Shown: positions 33,549-45,798 of the stretch, in pieces
How positions within the stretch are numbered: position 1 is the first letter of the stretch
Layout: each line of letters begins with the position of its first letter
Assembly: GCA_963828165.1 (NCBI GenBank)
Contig: CAWHDR010000001.1
Coordinates: 2,752,001 to 2,816,000, forward strand
DNA: 64,000 nucleotides
Direction: 5' to 3'
From: an uncultured Chloroflexia bacterium
GTDB taxonomy: Bacteria; Chloroflexota; Limnocylindria; Limnocylindrales; CSP1-4
Position numbers and translations under genes: made by a program
Notes under the pieces: generated by a model
Seen by the model: the letters and a program-made list of their open reading frames with translations, nothing else
Databases searched by the model: none
What the model was told of the DNA's origin: nothing

Positions 33549-34837
33549 GCTCCCAGGACGCCCTCCGGCCACGACGCAGGCCCACGGTCAGTGTCGACGT
33601 GGGTGGCGTGCTCGTGGGCAGCGCCCACCCGATCGTCGTCCAGTCGATGACGAACACCGACACGGCCGACGCGGACGGGACCGCTATCCAGGTGGCGCGA
33701 CTCGCCCACGCCGGCTCGCAGCTCGTCCGGGTCACCGTCAACACCGAGGAAGCAGCGGCCGCCGTTCCGGAAATGGTCCGCAAGGTGCGCGGCCTGGGCG
33801 TGGACGTGCCGATCATCGGCGACTTCCACTACAACGGGCACAAGCTGCTGGTGGAGTACCCGGAGATGGCCGGGCTGCTGGCGAAGTACCGCATCAACCC
33901 GGGCAACGTGGGCGCCAAGCGCCACGACGAGCATTTCGCGACGATCGTCCGGGTGGCGATCGAGAACGACAGGTCGGTCAGGATCGGCGTCAACTGGGGC
34001 TCGCTCGACCAGGCCATCCTCACCGAGCTGATGGACGCCAACGCCCGGCTGCCCGAGCCGCTCGATTCGCGCGACGTGATGATCGAGGCGATGCTCCAGT
34101 CCGCCCTGCGTTCAGCCGAGCTGGCGGAGGAGACCGGTCTGGGCCATGACCGGATCATCATCAGCGCCAAGGTGTCCGGGGTGCGCGACCTCGTCGACGT
34201 CTACCGGCAGCTCGCCGCCCGCTGCGATTACCCGCTCCACCTGGGCCTGACCGAAGCCGGGATGGGCGACAAGGGCATCATCGCATCGACGGCCGGGCTC
34301 GCGATCCTGCTCAACGAGGGTATCGGGGACACGATCCGGGTGTCCCTGACCCCCGAGCCGGGTGCACCTCGTGAGCGCGAGGTCGAGGTCGCGCAGCAGG
34401 TGCTCCAATCGATGGGTCTCCGCTCGTTCCTGCCCCAGGTCAGCGCCTGCCCGGGCTGTGGCCGCACGACGAGCACGTTCTTCCAGGAGATGGCCCAGCA
34501 GATCCAGGGCTACCTGAAGGAGCGCATGCCGGAGTGGAAGGAGACCCATCCCGGCGCCGAAGAGCTGCGAGTCGCGGTCATGGGCTGCGTCGTGAACGGC
34601 CCGGGCGAGTCCAAGCACGCCGACATCGGGATCAGCCTGCCCGGCACGTTCGAGGAGCCGGTGGCGCCCGTCTTCATCGACGGCAAGCTCGACCGGACGC
34701 TGCGTGGCGACGGTCTCGTCGCCGAGTTCATCGACATCCTCGAGGACTACGTCGCGCGGCGCTATCCGGGCCCCGGCGTGACGGCCACGCCGGCCGCGAC
34801 CGACAAGGACGCCACATCGGTCACGCCCGTCGGCTGA
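33545..34837 (+). CDS. ispG: HMBPP synthase
   Basis: [41 protein letters not shown]. Confidence 0.97.
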   Translation: MSSQDALRPRRRPTVSVDVGGVLVGSAHPIVVQSMTNTDTADADGTAIQVARLAHAGSQLVRVTVNTEEAAAAVPEMVRKVRGLGVDVPIIGDFHYNGHKLLVEYPEMAGLLAKYRINPGNVGAKRHDEHFATIVRVAIENDRSVRIGVNWGSLDQAILTELMDANARLPEPLDSRDVMIEAMLQSALRSAELAEETGLGHDRIIISAKVSGVRDLVDVYRQLAARCDYPLHLGLTEAGMGDKGIIASTAGLAILLNEGIGDTIRVSLTPEPGAPREREVEVAQQVLQSMGLRSFLPQVSACPGCGRTTSTFFQEMAQQIQGYLKERMPEWKETHPGAEELRVAVMGCVVNGPGESKHADIGISLPGTFEEPVAPVFIDGKLDRTLRGDGLVAEFIDILEDYVARRYPGPGVTATPAATDKDATSVTPVG

Positions 34838-34859
34838 TCGGTTCCCGAGCGGCGGCTGT

Positions 34860-34889
34860 TTGAGCCGTCCACGCGTCCGGGTGTATACT
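34860..34889 (+). promoter_or_regulatory. Sigma70-type promoter of the nusA operon
   Basis: TTGAGC-N18-TATACT. Confidence 0.6.
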
Positions 34890-34914
34890 CCGCGCAACTG
34901 AACGGCCGCTCCGT

Positions 34915-34942
34915 GACGTGGGTGACCCCCGCGTCTTTTTTT
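34915..34942 (+). terminator. Leader terminator/attenuator before nusA (rimP-leader-like)
   Basis: gacgtggg-tgacc-cccgcgtc followed by T7, between promoter and nusA. Confidence 0.75.
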
Positions 34943-34987
34943 CGGACCGGCCGTGATTTGGCATTCTGCGCAGAAGAGGAGGCGATC

Positions 34988-36439
34988 GTGAGTCGAGACT
35001 TCGTGGGCGCCCTCCTCCAGCTCAACGCGGAGAAGCAGGTCTCCCGTGAACAGCTGATCGGGGCCGTCGAAGACGGCATCCAGTCGGCATATCGCCGCGT
35101 CGCCGGCGACGAGGACATCCACGTCCAGATCGACGCCGAATCCGGTCGCATCCGCGTCTATCGCGCCCGCCGCGTCGTCGACGAGATCGAGGACGAGATG
35201 ACCGAGATCACGGTCGACGAGGCGCGCAAGCACCTGGCCGAGGCCAAGGTGGGCGACATGGTCGAGACCGAGCAGCTCGACGGCGACGTCTTCGGCAGGA
35301 TCGGCGCGCAGACCGCCAAGCAGATCGTCCTCCAGCGCATCCGCGAGGTCGAGCGCGACCAGGTCTTCGACCAGTTCGCCAGTCGCGAGGGCGAGCTCAT
35401 CACGGGCACGGTGAATCGAGTCGAGCCACGGGCGATCATCCTCGACGTCGGCAAGATGGTCGAGGCCATCCTCGCCACGACCGAGCAGAGCGCCCTGGAG
35501 CACTATCGAATCGGGCAGAACGTCAAGGCGTTCGTGCTCGAGGTGCGCCGGTCCGTGCGCGGGCCACAGATCTTCGTGAGCCGCACGCACAAGGGCTTCC
35601 TCCGCCGCCTGTTCGAGCTCGAGGTCCCCGAGATCCACAGCGGCACGGTCGAGATCAAGGCCATCGCCCGTGAGGCGGGCAGCCGCTCGAAGGTCGCCGT
35701 GTCGTCGCGCCAGGATGGCCTCGATCCCGTGGGGGCGACCGTCGGACAGCGTGGCGCGCGCGTCCAGGCCGTGGTCGCGGAGCTCGCCGGCGAGAAGATC
35801 GACGTCATCCCGTGGAGCGACGACGCCGGCGTGTTCGTCGCCAACGCGCTGAGCCCGGCACAGGTCCTCTCGGTGGACATCGACGAGGAGCACCGCATCG
35901 CGTCCGTGACCGTGCCCGAGCGGATGCTCTCGCTGGCGATCGGCCGCGAGGGGCAGAACGCCCGGCTGGCCGCGCGACTGACCGGTTGGCGGATCGACAT
36001 CCGGAGCGACGTGTCCGTGGCCGAAGCCAAGGCCGCCGCCGACGCACCCGCCGTGACCGAGCCGGTTGCCACTGACGGCGTCGAAACCGAGGCGCCCGCC
36101 GAGGATGCCGCAGCTGCGGCCAAGCCGAAGCGCGCGACGAAGGCGAAGACCGCCGTCGCAGATGGCGAGGGCGAGGGCGACGCAGCGGCAGCCGTAGCCA
36201 CGATCGAGGCCAAGCCCAAGAAGGCTGCCGCGAAGCCCAAGGTCGCCGCTACCAAGACCACGGCAGCTTCCAAAACAACGACTACGGCCAAGACTGCGGC
36301 TGCGAAGCCCAAGGCCGCGGCCTCCAAGGCGAAGGCCGCTGCAACCGCATCCGAAACCGCCGCCAAGCCAAAGCGGGCGACCAAGAAGACCGCCGAGGCC
36401 GACGCCGACGCTCCCGCCGCCGAGGAGGTGGCGTCGTAG
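34988..36439 (+). CDS. nusA: Transcription factor NusA with Lys/Ala-rich C-tail
   Basis: FGRIGAQTAKQ, LFELEVPEI, AREAGSRSK, SLAIGREGQNARLAARLTGWRIDI. Confidence 0.97.
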   Translation: MSRDFVGALLQLNAEKQVSREQLIGAVEDGIQSAYRRVAGDEDIHVQIDAESGRIRVYRARRVVDEIEDEMTEITVDEARKHLAEAKVGDMVETEQLDGDVFGRIGAQTAKQIVLQRIREVERDQVFDQFASREGELITGTVNRVEPRAIILDVGKMVEAILATTEQSALEHYRIGQNVKAFVLEVRRSVRGPQIFVSRTHKGFLRRLFELEVPEIHSGTVEIKAIAREAGSRSKVAVSSRQDGLDPVGATVGQRGARVQAVVAELAGEKIDVIPWSDDAGVFVANALSPAQVLSVDIDEEHRIASVTVPERMLSLAIGREGQNARLAARLTGWRIDIRSDVSVAEAKAAADAPAVTEPVATDGVETEAPAEDAAAAAKPKRATKAKTAVADGEGEGDAAAAVATIEAKPKKAAAKPKVAATKTTAASKTTTTAKTAAAKPKAAASKAKAAATASETAAKPKRATKKTAEADADAPAAEEVAS

Positions 36440-36771
36440 CCCCGGCCGCGCGACCGGCGGCGAGGTCGGCCAGCACGCCGCGCCGGACGCCGGCCCGGAT
36501 GTGCGTGGCTTGCCGGACCTCGCGCCCCAAGCGCGAGCTGCAGCGCATCGTCCGCACCCCGGAGCGTGACGTCGTGTTCGATCCCAGCGGACGGCTGGCC
36601 GGCCGTGGCGCCTACGTGTGCCAGGACCCGGTCTGCCTCGAAACCGCCATCAAGAAAGGCGCCCTGGCACGGGCGCTCGAGACCCCGCTCCCGGCCACGT
36701 TCCTCGAGGCCGTGACATCGGGAGCGATCACCACGAACACCGCACAAGGAGGAGCCCGTGGCCAGGAGTAG
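36436..36771 (+). CDS. ylxR: YlxR/RnpM (DUF448) RNA-binding protein; start uncertain (GTA 36436 or ATG 36499)
   Basis: RRTPARMCVACR, LQRIVR, GRGAYVC. Confidence 0.88.
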   Translation, partial: VAPAARPAARSASTPRRTPARMCVACRTSRPKRELQRIVRTPERDVVFDPSGRLAGRGAYVCQDPVCLETAIKKGALARALETPLPATFLEAVTSGAITTNTAQGGARGQE

Positions 36772-38665
36772 GAGCGGCACCCGCGGCCGACGCGGCCCCC
36801 GCAAGCCGCCGCGTCGCGACGGAGGACTCGCATCGCAGGTCCAGACGATCGATCCGAGCGAGCGCGGCGCGATCGAGCTGCCCGGAACCATCACCGTCAA
36901 GGAGCTCGCGGAGCTGCTGACGGTCAACGTCGCGGACATCATCCGCGAGCTGATCAAGAGCGGCATCTTCGCCACGATCAACCAGCTGATCGACCGCGAC
37001 ACGGCGTCCCTCGTCGCGTCCGAGCTCGGCTACGAGGTGGCCGAGACGATCGCCGCGTCGACGAACGGGACAGGACCGGACGGTGAGGCCGAGGGCCCCG
37101 CACCCGAGGCCACCAAGGAGTCCCTCTTCGACGAGGACGATACGGCGGCGCTCCAGCCGCGCCCCCCGATCGTCACCGTGATGGGCCACGTCGACCACGG
37201 CAAGACGAGCCTGCTCGACGCCCTGCGCTCGACCGAGGTCGCGGCCGGGGAACGTGGCGGCATCACGCAGCACATCGGCGCGAGCGAGATCGACCACGAT
37301 GGCAAGCGCGTCGTCTTCCTCGATACCCCTGGTCACGAGGCCTTCACCGCGATGCGCGCCCGCGGCGCCCGCGTCACCGACATCGCGATCATCGTGGTCG
37401 CGGCGGACGACGGCGTCATGCCCCAGACGCTCGAGGCGATCGCCCACGCGAAGGCGGCCAAGGTCCCGATCATCATCGCGCTCAACAAGATCGACAAGCC
37501 CGACGCGGACCCCGTGCGGGTGAAGACCGAGCTGACCGAGGCCGGCGTCGTGATCGAGGAGTACGGCGGCGATGTGCCGCTCGTGGCGGTCTCTGCCAAG
37601 AGCCGCCAGGGCCTCGACGAGCTCATCGAGATGGTCCTGCTCGTGTCGGACCTCCAGGAGCTCAAGGCCAACCCCGATCGGCCCGCGATCGGCACGATCG
37701 TCGAGGCGCAGATGGACAAGAGCCGCGGCGCGGTCGCCACGGCCCTGGTCCAGACGGGCACCCTCAAGGTCGGCGACATCATCGTCGTGGGCGAGACCTT
37801 CGGCCGGGTGCGCGCGCTCGAGAATGACCGAGGCAAGCGCGTCAAGGAGGCGGGTCCGGCCAGCGCCGTCGTCATCCTCGGCCTTTCGGAGGTCCCGGAG
37901 GCGGGTGACATCCTGCGCGTGGCGGCCGACGACAAGGAAGCCCGCACGATGGTCGAACAGCGCAAGGCCACCGTCGCCGCGAAGGGTGGGGAGGGGAGCG
38001 GTCGCGCCACCCTCGAAGACCTCTACCGACAGATCCAGGCGGGCCAGGCCAAGGAGCTGCGCATCATCCTCAAGGCCGACGTCTCGGGCTCGCTGGGCGC
38101 GATCACGCATGCGCTCGAGCAGCTCGACCAGGATGAGGTCCGGATCAACGTGCTCCACGAGGCGGCCGGCGACATCACCGACAACGACATCATGCTTGCC
38201 ACGGCGTCGGACGCGATCATCGTCGGGTTCAGCACGAACATCACCGAGACGGCCCGCCGGGCCGCCGAGGCCGAGGGTGTCGACGTCCGGATGTACGACA
38301 TCATCTACAAGCTCACCGACGACATCGACGCAGCGCTCAAGGGCCTGCTCGAGCCGGTCGTCGTGGAGGTCGTGGAAGGCCGGGCGGAAGTCCGCCAGGT
38401 GATCAGGGTCGGGAAGAACACCCAGATCGCCGGGTCGTACGTCACGGACGGTCGGATCGTCCGCGGTGGCGCCCGTATCTGGCGCAACGGCAAGGTCGTC
38501 GCGACCGACCGGATCGAATCGCTGCGGCGCTTCCGCGACGACGTCCGCGAGGTCCAGGCGAACTACGAGTGCGGCATCGGGCTGGCCAGCTTCCACGACC
38601 TGGAGGAGGGCGACATCATCGAGTGCTTCACGTCCCAGACCGTCACTCGCGCGCCGTCCAACTAG
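36758..38665 (+). CDS. infB: Translation initiation factor IF-2
   Basis: [36 protein letters not shown]. Confidence 0.98.
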   Translation: MARSRSGTRGRRGPRKPPRRDGGLASQVQTIDPSERGAIELPGTITVKELAELLTVNVADIIRELIKSGIFATINQLIDRDTASLVASELGYEVAETIAASTNGTGPDGEAEGPAPEATKESLFDEDDTAALQPRPPIVTVMGHVDHGKTSLLDALRSTEVAAGERGGITQHIGASEIDHDGKRVVFLDTPGHEAFTAMRARGARVTDIAIIVVAADDGVMPQTLEAIAHAKAAKVPIIIALNKIDKPDADPVRVKTELTEAGVVIEEYGGDVPLVAVSAKSRQGLDELIEMVLLVSDLQELKANPDRPAIGTIVEAQMDKSRGAVATALVQTGTLKVGDIIVVGETFGRVRALENDRGKRVKEAGPASAVVILGLSEVPEAGDILRVAADDKEARTMVEQRKATVAAKGGEGSGRATLEDLYRQIQAGQAKELRIILKADVSGSLGAITHALEQLDQDEVRINVLHEAAGDITDNDIMLATASDAIIVGFSTNITETARRAAEAEGVDVRMYDIIYKLTDDIDAALKGLLEPVVVEVVEGRAEVRQVIRVGKNTQIAGSYVTDGRIVRGGARIWRNGKVVATDRIESLRRFRDDVREVQANYECGIGLASFHDLEEGDIIECFTSQTVTRAPSN

Positions 38666-38673
38666 GCCGGGCC

Positions 38674-39216
38674 GTGACCCAGCGAACGGACCGAGTCGAC
38701 GAGCTCTTGCGGCAGGAGATCGGGGCCATCGTCACGCGCGATGTCGCCGATCCGCGCATCGGCTTCGTGACGATCACGAAGGTCGAGACGACACCGGACC
38801 TGCGCCACGCCAAGGTCTGGATCAGCGTCATCGGCCAGCCGACCGAACGTCGCGGGACCGTCGCAGCCCTGCAGCGGGCGATGCCGTTCGTCCGTCACGA
38901 GCTGGGTCGCTCTCTGCGGATCAAGCGCATCCCGGACCTGCACGTCCATCTCGATGACACGGCCGAACGCGGCACGCGCGTCCTGCAGCTTCTCAACGAG
39001 CTGGGAGCCGGTGCCGCCCCCGAGGGTGATCTGCCGCTCGGCGAGACGCTCCCGACCCCGGTCCAGCGTGTCCATCATGAGGGCGACGAGCCCGACGAGC
39101 CGCCGTCCGCGGTGATCCCGCCCAAGCCACGTGCCCGTCGACGCACGGGGCCCAAGCCCGGCGGCATGCCCGCATCCAGGCCGGGGTCGAAGCCCAGACC
39201 GGGAAGGCGCCGATGA
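38674..39216 (+). CDS. rbfA: Ribosome-binding factor A with long C-tail
   Basis: RTDRVDELLRQEI, DPRIGFVTIT, DLRHAKV, KRIPDL. Confidence 0.95.
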   Translation: MTQRTDRVDELLRQEIGAIVTRDVADPRIGFVTITKVETTPDLRHAKVWISVIGQPTERRGTVAALQRAMPFVRHELGRSLRIKRIPDLHVHLDDTAERGTRVLQLLNELGAGAAPEGDLPLGETLPTPVQRVHHEGDEPDEPPSAVIPPKPRARRRTGPKPGGMPASRPGSKPRPGRRR

Positions 39217-40232
39217 GCATCGATCTGGGCCCCTACCTCGACGCGGTGCCCCACACGGTCGTCGAGCGGTTGCGCAGCGCCCGTCGCGTGCTGGCCGTGG
39301 GTCACGAGAACCCCGATGCCGACACCCTCGGGGCGACGCTCGGCATCGTCCGGATCGTCGAAACGCTCGGGGGTACGGCCGACCCGGTCTGCACGGACCC
39401 GGTCCCCCCGCTCTACGACTTCCTGGCGGGAGTCGAGCGCGTCCGAACGGACCCGGACCCGGCGACGCCGTACGACCTGCTCGTCGTGTCCGATTGCGGC
39501 TCGCTCGACCGGATCGGCGACGTTCGTGGACGTCACGCGGAGCTGTTCGAGCGGCTGCCACGCGTCGTCATCGACCACCACGCCTCGAATGATGCGGCGG
39601 GCGAGACCGATTGGATCGAACCGCACGCCGCCGCGACCTGCGAGATGGTCGCCCTCCTGGCGGCCCGCGTGGGCGTGCCGCTGGACATCGGGGGTGGGGC
39701 CATGGCTGCTGCCCTGATGGCCGGCATCGTCATGGACACCGCCACGTTCGCCCACCCGAATGCGACGCCTCGGACCCTGGCCGTTTCGGCAGCGTTGGTC
39801 GAGGCCGGCGCGCCGCTGTCCGACATCTCGCGCCGGCTGTATCGATCGAAGCCCGCGGCGCAGCTTCGGCTGTTCGGGCGCGTGCTCGATCGACTCGACT
39901 CGGTCGACGGCGGCCGCGTCATCCATTCGACCCTGCTCGACGCGGACCTCGCCGCGACGGGCACGCTGGCGCCGCAATCCGAGGGGATCATCGACCTCCT
40001 GGCCCAGGCCGATGAGGCCGAGGTGGCGATCCTGTTCAAGGAAGCCGGCGACGCGACGCGGATCAGCGTCCGGACGAAGCCCGGGGGAGTCGATGCCACC
40101 GTGCTGACCGGGACGTTCGGTGGGGGCGGGCACGCCCGGGCGGCCGGGGCGACCGTGGACCTCCCCGTGGACCGGGCACGGACCGCGGTCCTCGCCGAGG
40201 CGGACCGTCTCGCCGCCGAGGTCGCGCGCTGA
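39213..40232 (+). CDS. nrnA: DHH-DHHA1 phosphoesterase (NrnA-like nanoRNase)
   Basis: HENPDAD, IDHH, GIVMDT, GGGHARAAG. Confidence 0.9.
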   Translation: MSIDLGPYLDAVPHTVVERLRSARRVLAVGHENPDADTLGATLGIVRIVETLGGTADPVCTDPVPPLYDFLAGVERVRTDPDPATPYDLLVVSDCGSLDRIGDVRGRHAELFERLPRVVIDHHASNDAAGETDWIEPHAAATCEMVALLAARVGVPLDIGGGAMAAALMAGIVMDTATFAHPNATPRTLAVSAALVEAGAPLSDISRRLYRSKPAAQLRLFGRVLDRLDSVDGGRVIHSTLLDADLAATGTLAPQSEGIIDLLAQADEAEVAILFKEAGDATRISVRTKPGGVDATVLTGTFGGGGHARAAGATVDLPVDRARTAVLAEADRLAAEVAR

Positions 40233-40234
40233 CC

Positions 40235-41188
40235 GTGGCCCACAAATCCCTGGGACCCGGCCTCGACGGCATCCTGGTGGTCGATAAGCCGATCGGTCCG
40301 ACCTCGCACGACGTCGTCGGCCTCGTGCGCCGGCTCGCCGCGACCAGGCGCGTCGGCCACGGTGGCACGCTGGATCCGTTCGCCTCAGGGGTGCTCCCGC
40401 TGTTCCTTGGCCGCGGCACGCGCGTCGTGGAGTTCCACATGGCCGATCGCAAACGCTACCGCGCCACGGTCTGCTTCGGCGCCTCGTCCTCGACCGACGA
40501 CCTCGAGGGCGAGCTCACGCCCGCTATCGGTCCGGCGCCGACGCGCGAGGAGACCGAGACGGCCCTGGCCGGACTGACGGGTCCGATCTCGCAGCGCCCG
40601 CCGGCGTACTCGGCCATCAAGGTGGGCGGCCGGCGTGCCTACGCGATGGCGCGTGCCGGTGAGGCGGTAAAGCTGGCGGAGCGGCAGGTCAGCATCCACG
40701 AGCTCTCACTCGTGTCGTGGGACGGCACGGACTCGGAGCGCCCGATCGCGGTTCTGGATATTGCCTGCTCGGCCGGAACGTACGTTCGTGCGTTGGCCCG
40801 CGATCTCGGGGAGCGACTCGGGAGCGCGGCCTACCTGGGTGCGCTGCGACGAACGGCGGCCGGCCCGTTCCCCGAGACCGATGCCATCCCACTCGATACC
40901 GTCCGTGCGGCAGCCGCCGACGATCCGGCCGCGATCGCCCGCTTGTTGCGACCGATCGATACGGGCCTCGACCGCTTTCCCGACGTCGCACTGACGTCGC
41001 CGGAGCTCGACGCGGTCGCTCGCGGCCAGTTCATCCGCCCGTCGGCGGGCTTCGAACCCGGCGCGGAGCGCTACCGGCTGCGGGCGCCGGACGGCTCCCT
41101 TGCAGCCGTGGCCATCGAAGCCCCGCACGGCCGGCTGGCACCCGACAAGGTCCTCGTGACGCCGGCCGGATCGGCCGCCCCGGCCTGA
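40235..41188 (+). CDS. truB: tRNA pseudouridine-55 synthase
   Basis: VDKPIG, GHGGTLDPFASG, PPAYSAIK, CSAGTYVR. Confidence 0.97.
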   Translation: MAHKSLGPGLDGILVVDKPIGPTSHDVVGLVRRLAATRRVGHGGTLDPFASGVLPLFLGRGTRVVEFHMADRKRYRATVCFGASSSTDDLEGELTPAIGPAPTREETETALAGLTGPISQRPPAYSAIKVGGRRAYAMARAGEAVKLAERQVSIHELSLVSWDGTDSERPIAVLDIACSAGTYVRALARDLGERLGSAAYLGALRRTAAGPFPETDAIPLDTVRAAAADDPAAIARLLRPIDTGLDRFPDVALTSPELDAVARGQFIRPSAGFEPGAERYRLRAPDGSLAAVAIEAPHGRLAPDKVLVTPAGSAAPA

Positions 41189-41931
41189 TGGACGTCGTCG
41201 CCGGGGTCGACGGGCTGCGGGCCGAGCACGGTCCGATCTTCGCGGTCGTTGGCGTCTTCGATGGCTTGCATCGCGGTCACGCCTACCTCCTCGAGCATCT
41301 CGTCAGCGGGGCCGAGCGCCGCTCGGCGCAACCGACCGTCATCACGTTCGACGCCCATCCGGATGAGGTCCTCACCGGCTCGGCGCCGCCGCTGCTGATC
41401 CATCCCGACGAACGACTCGAGCGCCTGGCGGCGGCTGGCGTCACGCTCACCGTCGTCCAGCATTTCGACGAGGCCGTACGACAGACACCCTACGACGTGT
41501 TTGTCGGACGGATCGAGGCTGCGACGTCCCTCGCCGGTCTGCTCATGACCCCGGACGCGGCCTTCGGGTTCGAGCGGCGCGGGACGCCGGACGCGCTCGC
41601 CGTGCTGGGTCGTGAGCGCGGCTTCGACGTCGTCGTGGTGCCTCCGTTCAGCCTCGACGGCCGCGCGGTCCGAAGCTCTGACATCCGGAGAGTGATCGCG
41701 TCGGGGGACCTGGCCGGCGCCGAGGAGCTGCTGGGCCGTCCGGTGACACTTCGAGGCACGTCGCGTGACGGGACGATCGATCTCGGGTGGCCGATGGCAT
41801 TGCCCCCTGACGGCGACTACCCGTGCCTCGTCGATGGCACCCAGGACCAGCTCACGATCCGCGGCGGCGAGGCCCGACTGGCGAGATCACCGGCCGATGC
41901 CCGTACCGTCCTGGTGCAGCTGCTCGCCTAA
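41188..41931 (+). CDS. ribF: RibF-like FMN adenylyltransferase with degenerate riboflavin kinase domain
   Basis: [31 protein letters not shown]; only 247 aa, no PTAN motif. Confidence 0.85.
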   Translation: MDVVAGVDGLRAEHGPIFAVVGVFDGLHRGHAYLLEHLVSGAERRSAQPTVITFDAHPDEVLTGSAPPLLIHPDERLERLAAAGVTLTVVQHFDEAVRQTPYDVFVGRIEAATSLAGLLMTPDAAFGFERRGTPDALAVLGRERGFDVVVVPPFSLDGRAVRSSDIRRVIASGDLAGAEELLGRPVTLRGTSRDGTIDLGWPMALPPDGDYPCLVDGTQDQLTIRGGEARLARSPADARTVLVQLLA

Positions 41932-42491
41932 AGTCCCGGCTGCCAGAGCGGCTCGTCCGCACCCCGCTCGTGGTTCTCGTAGCGGGCCATCACGAACAAT
42001 GCGTCGGACAGGCGGTTGAGGTAGGGGAGCACCCACTCGCCGATGGGCTCGTCCCGGGCCAGCGTGATGGTCTCCCGCTCGGCACGGCGGCACACGGTCC
42101 GGGCGACATGGAGCTGCGCGGCACCGGCCGATCCCCCGGGGAGCACGAAGTTCGTCAGCGGCCCGACGACGGCGTTGAACTCGTCGATGAGGCGCTCGAG
42201 GTTCTCGACGTGGTGCGGCTGGACGGTCGGGATCGCGCCGCGGCGCTCGTCGTCGTCGGGCCAGCACAGGTCGGAGCCGAGGTCGAACAACTCGTTCTGG
42301 ATCCGCCGGAGCTCGTCTGCCAGGCGCGCGGTCAGGCCCAGGGCCAGCGCCACGCCGATCGTCGAGTTGAGCTCGTCGACCGTGCCGTAGGCGCGCACCC
42401 GAGCCGAGTCCTTGGACACCCGGCGTCCGCCACCGAGACCGGTCATCCCTTCGTCGCCGGTCTTCGTGTAGATCTTGGTCAGTCGCGGCAT
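41928..42491 (-). CDS. pduO: PduO-type ATP:cob(I)alamin adenosyltransferase
   Basis: [39 protein letters not shown]. Confidence 0.94.
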   Translation of the reverse strand: MPRLTKIYTKTGDEGMTGLGGGRRVSKDSARVRAYGTVDELNSTIGVALALGLTARLADELRRIQNELFDLGSDLCWPDDDERRGAIPTVQPHHVENLERLIDEFNAVVGPLTNFVLPGGSAGAAQLHVARTVCRRAERETITLARDEPIGEWVLPYLNRLSDALFVMARYENHERGADEPLWQPGL

Positions 42492-42554
42492 GCGATCGAT
42501 CGTACCCGACGTCTTCGCGGCTGGCACCAGGACCTCACCACGAGCGGTGATCGT

Positions 42555-42583
42555 TTGCCGCAATCCCGGCGGCCTGCTAACAT
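42555..42583 (+). promoter_or_regulatory. Promoter of rpsO-pnp
   Basis: TTGCCG-N17-TAACAT with TG extended -10. Confidence 0.65.
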
Positions 42584-42588
42584 CCGCC

Positions 42589-42633
42589 GGTCATAGATGG
42601 AAGAACATCAAGCACAGATCGTGTCGGAGGACC
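42589..42633 (+). ncRNA. Candidate rpsO leader (three-way junction)
   Basis: GGTC/GACC closing stem, inner hairpins gatg-gaagaa-catc and gcac-agatc-gtgt; SD GGAGG at the junction. Confidence 0.45.
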
Positions 42634-42635
42634 GA

Positions 42636-42905
42636 GTGCCGCTCGCGCGGGAACAGAAGCAGGAGATCATCACCGGGTATGCCACCAAGGAAGGTGACAC
42701 CGGTTCGCCCGAAGTCCAGGTCGCGCTCCTTACCGAGCGGATCGCGGAACTGACCGGGCATCTTCGCAGCTTCCCCAAGGACAACCATTCGCGCCGCGGC
42801 CTCCTCAAGCTCGTCGGCCAGCGCCGTCGCCTTCTCGCCTACCTGATGAAGAAGGACAGCGCGCGCTACCGGACCGTCATCGGACGGCTCGGGCTCCGCC
42901 GCTAG
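42636..42905 (+). CDS. rpsO: 30S ribosomal protein S15
   Basis: [36 protein letters not shown]. Confidence 0.98.
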   Translation: MPLAREQKQEIITGYATKEGDTGSPEVQVALLTERIAELTGHLRSFPKDNHSRRGLLKLVGQRRRLLAYLMKKDSARYRTVIGRLGLRR

Positions 42906-43029
42906 CACCCGCCGTTTCCGGACCCCGGGCGTTACCCCGAGGTTCGCGTTTATCTCGGGGCCAGCAGCGCAGCAGGCCGACCCGCCCACGGGTCGTCTCC
43001 CTCCTCCACGACAAGGAGGATCGTTTCCC

Positions 43030-45613
<2,584 letters not shown>

Positions 45614-45655
45614 GCCGAAACCGCCGGGCGATCGCCCGGACCCATCGCTGCCCAA

Positions 45656-45693
45656 GACGACCGGTCGGTTCCCTCGGGAGCCGGCCGGTCGTC
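45656..45693 (+). terminator. Long hairpin after pnp
   Basis: gacgaccggtcggttccc/gggagccggccggtcgtc, ~17-18 bp stem with G-U pairs, no U tail. Confidence 0.55.
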
Positions 45694-45798
45694 ACGTTCG
45701 GGCACGCGGCGACGCGCAAACGGAGCCCGTGCGGGAGCCGCCAAGCCTCGCTGGTATACTCCCGCCGTGCCCGACCAGACCCAGTCCATAGCCGAGCC

